From: an uncultured Lentisphaeria bacterium
GTDB taxonomy: Bacteria; Verrucomicrobiota; Lentisphaeria; JABSQK01; JAJFLO01
DNA: 32,000 nt
NCBI GenBank assembly: GCA_951812855.1
Contig: OX638337.1
Span: 930,001-962,000, forward strand
Reading direction: 5' to 3'
The position numbers were made by a program, and so were the translations under genes. The notes beneath the pieces are model-generated. The model was not told the DNA's origin. It did no database searches and saw only the letters and a program-made list of their open reading frames with translations. The first letter of the stretch is position 1. Each line of letters starts with the position of its first letter. Positions 27,401-32,000 of this stretch are shown one piece after another.

Positions 27401-27595
27401 ATAATCTTCCGGTCGCCAGTGTGTTTCCGGTATATCTGAAATCCCATCGACTTTATTTGTAATATTTGCCCAATATGCATCCGCAGTATCTGCTTTTGGA
27501 AACAAACATCCCATCCCTACAATTGCTAACGGAACTTGTTTGCTGGTTTTTGAAGCAGTTTTCTTCGCAGGGTTACGCGATGTTGTTTTTTTCAT
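20582..27595 (-). CDS. pfaA: PfaA-like PUFA/secondary-lipid synthase subunit: KS-AT-ACPx4-KR-DH
   Basis: 2337-aa ORF; its domains are listed separately. Its ATG overlaps the pfaD-like stop (ATGA, 27595-27592). Confidence 0.9.
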   Translation of the reverse strand: MKKTTSRNPAKKTASKTSKQVPLAIVGMGCLFPKADTADAYWANITNKVDGISDIPETHWRPEDYYNKDPQKRDHTYARRGGFISRVDFNPMEYGISPRDIDSIDTTQLLGMVVAKQALDDAGYGDKSDFNRKNTSVILGITGALELVVTLGTRLGFPVWRNALEAAGVDDHTKNDVMDRISDSYVDWQENSFPGLLGNVAAGRIANRFDLGGTNCVVDAACASSLTAFHLASLELAAGRADMVVTGGMDTFNDIFMYMCFSKTPALSPTGNSKPFAANADGTILGEGLGAVILKRLDDAERDNDKIYAVIKGIGSSSDGKGNAVYAPSSEGQSRCLREAYELADINPDTIELVEAHGTGTKVGDAVEVKALSDIYRSYKSQGTWCALGSVKSQIGHTKAAAGVAGVIKAALALYHKVIPPTIKVDKPLELIESGETPFYINCEQQPWLPNPNHPRRAAVSAFGFGGSNFHCVMEEAKSEKQEITWDGDVQILGFSAENKEKLIDKIKAWPRDLNWKQLRRKSALSRKEFKTDAKVRLMMVIEKQRTDISKSFTSIISKLQKNDSGDNWNTPDGIYFFSEKEIGKLGFIFPGQGAQYLGMLRDLACKFPQFQKALSDANNVFSEFKDSLSNIKLSDLIYPQSEFTEEAQLKHESALRDTKNVQPAIGAVSLGVANIFKHFSISPDAVAGHSYGELTALCVAGKIREKALHKLSNVRGQLMAETEEIKSAMLAVRSSVKQALDLIKKEGLNLVIANKNAPEQTVLSGALNEIEKAAKIFTQKNITNKKLNVSAAFHSEWVSHASKPFREVLEKISFNTGKIPVYANTTAKPYPKAVDKARQILAEQISKPVEFIQQIENMYTSGVRTFLEVGPGNQLSGLINSILKNRECTSLALDSSRGRRSGVLSLAMVLAQLASMGYAVHLDQWDEGVNLEPEEKSGFVVALCGANSFEPKSVKPPKPKQTANLPISSTDTFERGSRPNIHASDTGQLNDVKTMNTMNKSISVGNTHLDNPMDNKALIETLKLTQQNMVALQQLQTNTSKLHSQFLQGQQEAQQTLNALISQQQHTLNKHPPGVVGSTMSTGSSKSVESPPTASAGSAVNQGKPVTVNTPDPEPVVKPDSSTPSQTSTNNNRIKQVLLSVVSEKTGYPVEMLTLDMGLDSDLGIDSIKRVEILSSLQEALPDSPAAGPEHLGTLRTLEEIVEFLGANSRKSEENSVIVTDVSVQSKSGTNNSNKVDIASVLISIVSEKTGYPEDMLTMDMGLDSDLGVDSIKRVEILSDLQDKIPEAPKIGPEQLGTLRTLDEIVGFLAVNSTTEVSETVVTTDSNESSQINTSRSMAESVLLNIVSEKTGYPKDMLSMEMGLDSDLGIDSIKRVEILSDLHEKLPDSPQVGQEHLGVLRTLGEIVDYLTQNEPEGESTVQSPTVTKSTCSADNEHIASVLLDVVADKTGYPVDMLALDMGLDSDLGIDSIKRVEILSAIQEKLPDSPGVGPEQLGVLRTLNQIVEFLGENNDTQRVVDSVPVHSDSVSNQDQSSENENDEFVERFELQLVNLDPASERRKINFTRGSVFWITNDGKNGISNRLSKELIKRGFQTKLVDLSSIDNLEYPSKLNGLIIISPRSGTEDRILRNAFTLLKNCSKALREAGRNDESLFVTVSRLDGKFGIDGLNGKSDPMSGGLAGLSKTAHHEWSEVKCKAIDYDVSTKSAATISQRIADELFCEGPVEVGVSQNGSIGLELLSANSDKKVSTLSLSKDDVVIITGGARGVTAESTMALVKKWQPALAILGRSPEPAVEPEWLKSLADEGAIKRGIIGHSQKKMLPKEVQAEYQSIINNREVLNNLERFRAEGSTVIYRSVDIRNKQEVSNVVKEIKKDFGPVRGLIHGAGVLADRLIEDKTEEQFDLVYSTKVAGQLALLAALKNEDLKFIAMFSSSTGRYGRKGQIDYAVANEVLNKIAQQQSLERRNCRVVSVNWGPWNGGMVTPELKTIFEQENIGLIPLKAGGDLLVKEISLNGGRHPAEIVVFGPNTKITTQVKQRKQSSQAHTYSTVLDRKLTIDDYPFLESHTFNGKGVLPMSMMIEWMGHSAIHGNPGLRFKGLDQFKIYSRVDISNGEEVTIRLKSAKIQKDNDQFIVPIQLCRVADENEVVHAEADVLLCVKYQQVASQIKETKLEDYPHDNDFYSDNKLFHGKLFQGIDRIDGISTKGMIGWSQSASLPKDWINKPLRQKWLSDPLVLDVSFQLMILWSIEEDDTPSLPVSIGSYKQFQSDFPGDGMRIVIQITDKVASSIHADIEFQDSRGLIIAKIEDYCCIQDKSLYKAFNKNKLEPVLHTVS
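21566..22918 (-). other. PfaA-like domain: ketoreductase (structural plus catalytic subdomains)
   Basis: VVIITGGARGVT Rossmann motif (about 22290-22320); SSSTGRYGRKGQIDYAVANE (catalytic Tyr context). Confidence 0.8.
23066..24208 (-). repeat. Four tandem ACP domains (coding repeat of about 300 nt)
   Basis: The motif GLDSDLG(I/V)DSIKRVEILS occurs four times. The phosphopantetheine Ser codons are at 24092-24094, 23780-23782, 23477-23479 and 23180-23182 (aa 1168, 1272, 1373, 1472). The core peptides are near-identical, but the DNA differs at many synonymous sites. Confidence 0.9.
24896..25813 (-). other. PfaA-like domain: malonyl-type acyltransferase
   Basis: FIFPGQGAQYLGM; AGHSYGE (Ser codon 25523-25525, aa 691); VSAAFHS. 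Confidence 0.85.
26186..27538 (-). other. PfaA-like domain: ketosynthase
   Basis: LAIVGMGCLFP; VVDAACASS (Cys codon 26930-26932, aa 222); EAHGTGTKVGD; GSVKSQIGH. Confidence 0.85.
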
Positions 27596-29238
27596 TTCAT
27601 TAATTCCTTAATCCGATGTTCAGTTAATGGAGAAGGATTCATTAGCTCCGACGATAATGATACGCCCTGATATCTAAGCGTATTCAAGCGGAGCTGTACA
27701 GCTGTACCGAAAAGTACATTCAGTGCAATCGTAACAACTCTTCGATTTTGATAATCTTCCAAAAATGTTCCTTTTACCCATTCGTTAAATGCCCCCATAG
27801 CGGGTCCGCACCAAATTTGATAATCAATCTTGCGATCGGGTACACCCGCATTAGCCCATTTAGATGACTGTCCAAGATATGATCTGAAGACTAACGCCAT
27901 TTGATGTTTTGAATCGTTCTCTGCCCGGATAAGCTGCTGAGGATCCCGCTCACGAAAAAAAGCCCTGGTATCGTTCCAAACTCCGTCAAGTGATTTTTTA
28001 AAGTAGCCCTTTTCCAAAGATTCCTTTTGATCAGGTGGTATTGCATTTAAACTTTTATATTTTCGATAGATATCATACAGCTTTGCCGCCCGCATTGCAA
28101 ACATTGTTCCACGTTTTAACACCTGAACTTTTACGCCCATTTCAAACATGTCAGCAGCCGGTGCCATTGTTATATCTGCCTGCTGAGCTTGTGATAACAT
28201 CTCTCGAACACTGTCAGACGTTCCAGCTTCAAGGGTACATTGGTTGATAGTTCCCACAACGATATACGCCGCTCCCATTGAAAAAACTGCAGCAGCGGAT
28301 GCAGGTGAGGCAATGCCGCCACCGGCACCAACACGAATCGTTGATGAATAATTGTATTTTTTCTGAATATCATCACGTAATGCAATAATAGTTGGAAACA
28401 ATGCCAATGCCTGCTGATTATCTGTATGACCGCCAGAATCAGCTTCCACAGTAATATCCTGTGCCATAGGGATCGTTGATGCCATTTTGGCCTGTTCCTG
28501 TGTTATATCGCCTGTGCGAACTAATTCATCTAAAATTTTATCTGGAGGCGGACTGAAAAACTTAGAGGCAACTTCAATTCGGGAAATTTTAGCGACAATT
28601 CGATTCGGAGTAATTATTTTACCTGAAGAGTCCTGATGAATTCCATGAACTCGATAACGGACAACAGAAGGGGTGAGTCCTAAAAATGCTGATGCTTCTA
28701 CTAAATTAATATCGTTTTCAATATAGAAATCCACAATGGCTGATTCTAAATCCTGCTCGTTGGGGCTGTGAATCAAATTAAAACCGGAAGTAAATTTGTC
28801 TTTGAATTTCCTCAAATAGTCACTCGCTGTTTTTACCTTGGAAATGGGTAGCCCGGCGGCTCCAAAAAAGCCCAGCATCCCGCCTTTTCCCATCGCTTCA
28901 ACAATTTCCACAGATCCGATACCGTTTGCCATCGACCCAGAAACATAAGGGTACTTTAAACCATAGTCTCTGCAGAAGGTCGCGTCTCCTAAATCTGTTA
29001 TTGCACACCGGGGAACATAGCCGATTATTGAATAACCGTTTTTATCATCATTTATTTCACCCAAACATACCTTCCCGCCTTTTCCAACCCCCACAGAACC
29101 TTCTTTTTCGATTATAACAACCGGGTGGTTTATTTTATAAATTGCTTCTTTAAGATGATTTTCATCTATTGAAGGCAGTGAACCGTCTGGATACCAGCGA
29201 CCTAAAGATGAAGAGGCAGACAGTGATTTAGTTGTCAT
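27592..29238 (-). CDS. pfaD: PfaD-family trans-acting enoyl reductase (FMN, nitronate-monooxygenase-like fold)
   Basis: 548-aa ORF with YPYVSGSMANGIGS, GMLGFFGAAG, NLIHSP, VEADSGGHTDN, VGAGGGIASP and MAPAADMFEMGVKVQVLKRG, the typical PfaD signature blocks by recall. No SD precedes the ATG at 29238-29236. Confidence 0.9.
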   Translation of the reverse strand: MTTKSLSASSSLGRWYPDGSLPSIDENHLKEAIYKINHPVVIIEKEGSVGVGKGGKVCLGEINDDKNGYSIIGYVPRCAITDLGDATFCRDYGLKYPYVSGSMANGIGSVEIVEAMGKGGMLGFFGAAGLPISKVKTASDYLRKFKDKFTSGFNLIHSPNEQDLESAIVDFYIENDINLVEASAFLGLTPSVVRYRVHGIHQDSSGKIITPNRIVAKISRIEVASKFFSPPPDKILDELVRTGDITQEQAKMASTIPMAQDITVEADSGGHTDNQQALALFPTIIALRDDIQKKYNYSSTIRVGAGGGIASPASAAAVFSMGAAYIVVGTINQCTLEAGTSDSVREMLSQAQQADITMAPAADMFEMGVKVQVLKRGTMFAMRAAKLYDIYRKYKSLNAIPPDQKESLEKGYFKKSLDGVWNDTRAFFRERDPQQLIRAENDSKHQMALVFRSYLGQSSKWANAGVPDRKIDYQIWCGPAMGAFNEWVKGTFLEDYQNRRVVTIALNVLFGTAVQLRLNTLRYQGVSLSSELMNPSPLTEHRIKELMK

Positions 29239-29241
29239 ATG

Positions 29242-29593
29242 TTATTGGTAACCTATTGTAAAAACACGTGTTTTAAAATAATCAAAATCAAATGGTTTGG
29301 AAACAAAATCGTAAGCCCCGGCATTAGAGTAATATCGTTATCATTATTATCGGGATTTTTGGGAATATTTTTTTAATGAGGACAAAACCGTCTGCCCTCC
29401 CATGTCGGGCATATGTATATCGAGCAGGATCACGTCAAATTTATGAATCCCGGCCATGGTCATACCTTCTTCGCCAGAGGTTAAATTTATTACTTGATAC
29501 GACCCGTTCTGCTAATATTGAAAATTCATATTCAATGCTATATTCACGGATACAGTTATTTATGGCTTCTTTTATGTTCTCATCATTTTTCAT
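29242..29593 (-). pseudogene. CheY-like receiver-domain gene, disrupted (frameshifts, in-frame stops, internal deletion)
   Basis: Hand translation shows receiver blocks split over frames. MKNDENIKEAINNCIREY.. runs from the ATG at 29593. QNGSYQVINLTSGEEGMTMAGIHKFDVILLDIHMPDMGGQTVLSSLKKYSQKSR* spans 29511-29347. PIIMITILL* spans 29353-29324. RYYSNAGAYDFVSKPFDFDYFKTRVFTIGYQ* ends at 29242. The phospho-acceptor D (LLDI) and the KPF lysine are recognisable. The beta1 strand with its acidic pair, and about 10 residues between PIIMIT and AGAYDF, are missing. The stop lies 3 nt before the pfaD-like ATG. Confidence 0.7.
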
Positions 29594-29950
29594 ATTTGGA
29601 TACCCCTCCAACATCATTCTAAATATTTAAATGGTAAATATTACATTTAATGGAGAGTAATCAAGCAAGTATACCATTTTTGTAAAAACAGTATAAAGAA
29701 TATATAAAACATTATCGAATTTTCATTAGAAACACAGGGAATAAATAATCGTCGCACTATAATAACACAATTTTATAACGCCCTGAATATAAAAATCAGG
29801 ATTAATGTCCCCGATGAATACCGGCTCATATTAGTTAGTTGAGAATAATTCAATAAGTCAGCATTGTTAAATTTTGGTATTGGATGTAGGTTTTGCGTTC
29901 TTTAAATTAATAATTTTTCAACAACAAAACGATGTAATATTGACAATTCA

Positions 29951-30286
29951 ATGAATACAACCACGATTATTGCACAAACGAATTCCCCGGGGACTCCACA
30001 AAAAAGTCCAGGACTTCTGGATATGTTTATCCCCATGATTTTGATGTTTATAATCATGTATGTAATCCTTATTAAACCTCAACAAAAGAAACAAAAGCAG
30101 CATCAGGAACTGATCAATAAACTCAAAGCAGGCGATAAAGTAGTGACGAGCGGCGGAATTCATGGTGCTATCACTGCAGTAAAAGATGAAACTGTTCTAC
30201 TGAAAGTAGCTGACAATGTAAAAATTGAAGTCAATCGACTTAATGTACTCGATACTATATCAGGAGAGAAAAAGGAAACTGGTTAA
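29951..30286 (+). CDS. yajC: Preprotein translocase subunit YajC
   Basis: 111-aa ORF with a single TM segment (MFIPMILMFIIMYVILIKPQQKKQK), then LKAGDKVVTSGGIHGAI..V......LKVADNVKIEV, the typical YajC pattern. It lies directly upstream of secDF. Confidence 0.85.
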   Translation: MNTTTIIAQTNSPGTPQKSPGLLDMFIPMILMFIIMYVILIKPQQKKQKQHQELINKLKAGDKVVTSGGIHGAITAVKDETVLLKVADNVKIEVNRLNVLDTISGEKKETG

Positions 30287-30288
30287 TT

Positions 30289-32000
30289 ATGAAAAACTCT
30301 GTACCTGGAAGACTGTTTGTAATTTTTATTATACTGCTGGGATGGTGGTATTCGTTATATCCAATTAACGATCGCCCTTTTTATGATGTTCTTCGGGAAG
30401 AAATTAACCGGGACACAGACGTCAACGAAATTGAAAATATCATTAAAAAGGCACAGGAAATTGAAAAAATCAAGGCTGCAGAAGGTTTAGCGATGAGTCC
30501 GGCGAAAGCTGTAAAATTAGCTGCGTCAGATTTAAAAGTAAATCTTCGTGATTTTATCAGCATCTACAACCAGCCAAAGGCATCAAATGATGTTGTAATA
30601 AATTTTGTTCGCCGTAAAGCCGCAGGAAAAATTCGACTGGGATTAGATCTTAAAGGTGGAACCGAATTTATTATTGCGTTTGATGAAGAGGAATTTAAGA
30701 AAAATGAACCTGAAAAGGAAATTACCGAAGCTCAGCAAGAAATTATTGAAATATTACGAAACCGTGTTGATCAGAGTGGAATAGTCGAAGCCGAAATAAA
30801 ACCAATTGGGCCATCCACAATATCCTTGAAAATTCCAAGTATTGATACTGATGATATCCAAAAGAACAGAGAGCTGATTCAAAGAACAGCAAAATTGGAT
30901 TTTAGACTCGTGCATGAAGACAGTGCAACATTAGTGAGTAACGAAAAAAACGAAGACTTTGTTCCTCCCGCTGCCTATGAACGTATGGAAATGGCAAACT
31001 CGTCAGACGCAGAGACACCAACGCAGATTTTGTATATTAAACGAATTCCTGAAAGCGTTGGAGGCAAGCATATTCTCCGTGCTTTTCCGAATGTAAACCA
31101 ATTTGGAAGTTACTCCGTCAGTCTGGAATTTAATACTGAAGGTGCCAGGCTGTTTCATGATGTCACCAGTGCAAATACCGGCCGAAGATTGGCTGTTGTT
31201 CTGGATGGCACGGTATATAGTGCACCGAATATCAACGAACCGATTGCCGGCGGACGTGCAGAAATTTCAGGCAGTTTCAGCTCAGAAGAAGCGACAGATT
31301 TAGGTGTCGTTTTAAGATGCGGTAATTTACCCGTTGATATTAGTATCGAAGGTGAATTCAGTACGGATCCAACATTGGGAAGGGATTCCGTAGAAAGCGG
31401 CAAAAACGCTTCGATTTGTGGATTGGTCGCTGTAATAATATTTATGGTTATTTATTATCGGACCGCAGGGATTGTTGCAACTATTGCACTGACTGCAAAT
31501 ATACTGCTTGTACTGGGGACTCTGACAATTGCCGGTGCAACCATAACGCTGCCGGGAATCGCAGGTATTGTCCTGACAATTGGTATGGCTGTTGATGCAA
31601 ATGTTCTCATATTTGAACGGATTCGGGAAGAATTGGATAATAAAAAATCGACTCCAAATGCAATACATACTGGCTATAATCGTGCGTTTATCACAATTCT
31701 TGATGCAAACTTAACCACGTTATTCACCGCATTGATACTCTATAAATTCGGATCCGGTCCTATCCGGGGGTTTGCAGTTACATTAAGCATTGGTATACTC
31801 GCGAGTTTATTTACATCCTTATTTATGACACGGGCAATTTTTGATCTGTTTATATGGATGGATAAACTAAAAAATCTAAATCTTTCCCCATGGTTCACGG
31901 TCAAGAATGTAAAGTTTTTGAATTTCAGAAAACTCACATCACTTGCGTCTGTTATACTGATTGTTATTTTAGCGGCACTAATGACAGGTCGCGGCAAATC
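30289..32000 (+). CDS. secDF: Protein translocase subunit SecDF (fused), 5' part; continues past the window
   Basis: Not in the track because it is open to the edge. Hand translation from the ATG at 30289 shows no stops: MKNSVPGRLFVIFIILLGWW...LGLDLKGGTEFII...ILRNRVDQSGIVEAEI...AKLDFRLV...RLAVVLDGTVYSAPNINEPIAGGRAEISG...GIAGIVLTIGMAVDANVLIFERIREE...LDANLTTLFTALILYKFGSGPIRGFAVTLSIGILASLF. It then runs on without a stop into a SecF-like N-terminus (VKFLNFRKLTSLASVILIVILAAL). Confidence 0.85.
   Translation, partial: MKNSVPGRLFVIFIILLGWWYSLYPINDRPFYDVLREEINRDTDVNEIENIIKKAQEIEKIKAAEGLAMSPAKAVKLAASDLKVNLRDFISIYNQPKASNDVVINFVRRKAAGKIRLGLDLKGGTEFIIAFDEEEFKKNEPEKEITEAQQEIIEILRNRVDQSGIVEAEIKPIGPSTISLKIPSIDTDDIQKNRELIQRTAKLDFRLVHEDSATLVSNEKNEDFVPPAAYERMEMANSSDAETPTQILYIKRIPESVGGKHILRAFPNVNQFGSYSVSLEFNTEGARLFHDVTSANTGRRLAVVLDGTVYSAPNINEPIAGGRAEISGSFSSEEATDLGVVLRCGNLPVDISIEGEFSTDPTLGRDSVESGKNASICGLVAVIIFMVIYYRTAGIVATIALTANILLVLGTLTIAGATITLPGIAGIVLTIGMAVDANVLIFERIREELDNKKSTPNAIHTGYNRAFITILDANLTTLFTALILYKFGSGPIRGFAVTLSIGILASLFTSLFMTRAIFDLFIWMDKLKNLNLSPWFTVKNVKFLNFRKLTSLASVILIVILAALMTGRGK

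Noticed and set aside
13098-28385. Numerous 60-170-aa ORFs nested within or antisense to the synthase genes (e.g. 19589..20095, 15240..15494, 25893..26186, 28035..28247)
   Set aside because: All lie inside long ORFs with unambiguous domain signatures, so they are frame-shadow ORFs. The same applies to 5015..5473, 6552..6965, 6767..7003, 7046..7345, 9127..9384 and 31103..31997 within their host genes.
29376-29630. 84-aa plus ORF upstream of pfaD
   Set aside because: It is antisense to the receiver-domain remnant, whose conserved blocks are readable on the minus strand.

Overview
AT-rich bacterial chromosomal window; Shine-Dalgarno sites are visible (e.g. AAGGAG before 4246). All calls rest on reading the supplied translations and my own hand translation. 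No searches were run. Layout, left to right: (1) the N-terminal part of an MBL-fold hydrolase (minus, runs off the window). (2) A patch of gene debris: an internal fragment of a FadE-type acyl-CoA dehydrogenase (plus) abuts an eroded group II intron with its reverse transcriptase remnant (minus). (3) A DEAD-box RNA helicase (minus). (4) A plus-strand metal-uptake module: a His/Cys-rich membrane-anchored small protein, a coiled-coil plus beta-barrel outer-membrane protein, a ZnuA/TroA-like binding protein and a ZnuB-like permease, with no ATPase gene. (5) An initiator-type tRNA-Met (minus) with a terminator, and a decayed tandem copy of the same tRNA upstream. (6) A long minus-strand block that dominates the window. 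It starts with a broken CheY-like receiver gene, then pfaD-like enoyl reductase, then a 2337-aa KS-AT-ACPx4-KR-DH synthase, then a 2322-aa KS-CLF-AT-(FabA-type DH)x2 synthase, then an OleA/FabH-like thiolase. These four intact genes are separated by a 4-nt overlap or gaps of 2 to 4 nt. They are followed by a zinc-ribbon membrane protein, a divergent prephenate-dehydratase-like protein and a 1042-aa phosphohexomutase / sugar-nucleotidyltransferase fusion. (7) yajC and a fused secDF (plus, runs off the window). The best candidate for an undescribed system is the Pfa-type (PUFA-synthase-like) secondary-lipid operon. It has an ER-first, pfaB-less layout, and no thioesterase, AGPAT domain or PPTase is visible in the window. 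It ends in a tightly juxtaposed OleA-like condensing enzyme, and sugar-activation and prephenate-type genes lie downstream. Its product cannot be deduced from sequence. Domain boundaries are approximate; catalytic-residue codon coordinates were located by hand.
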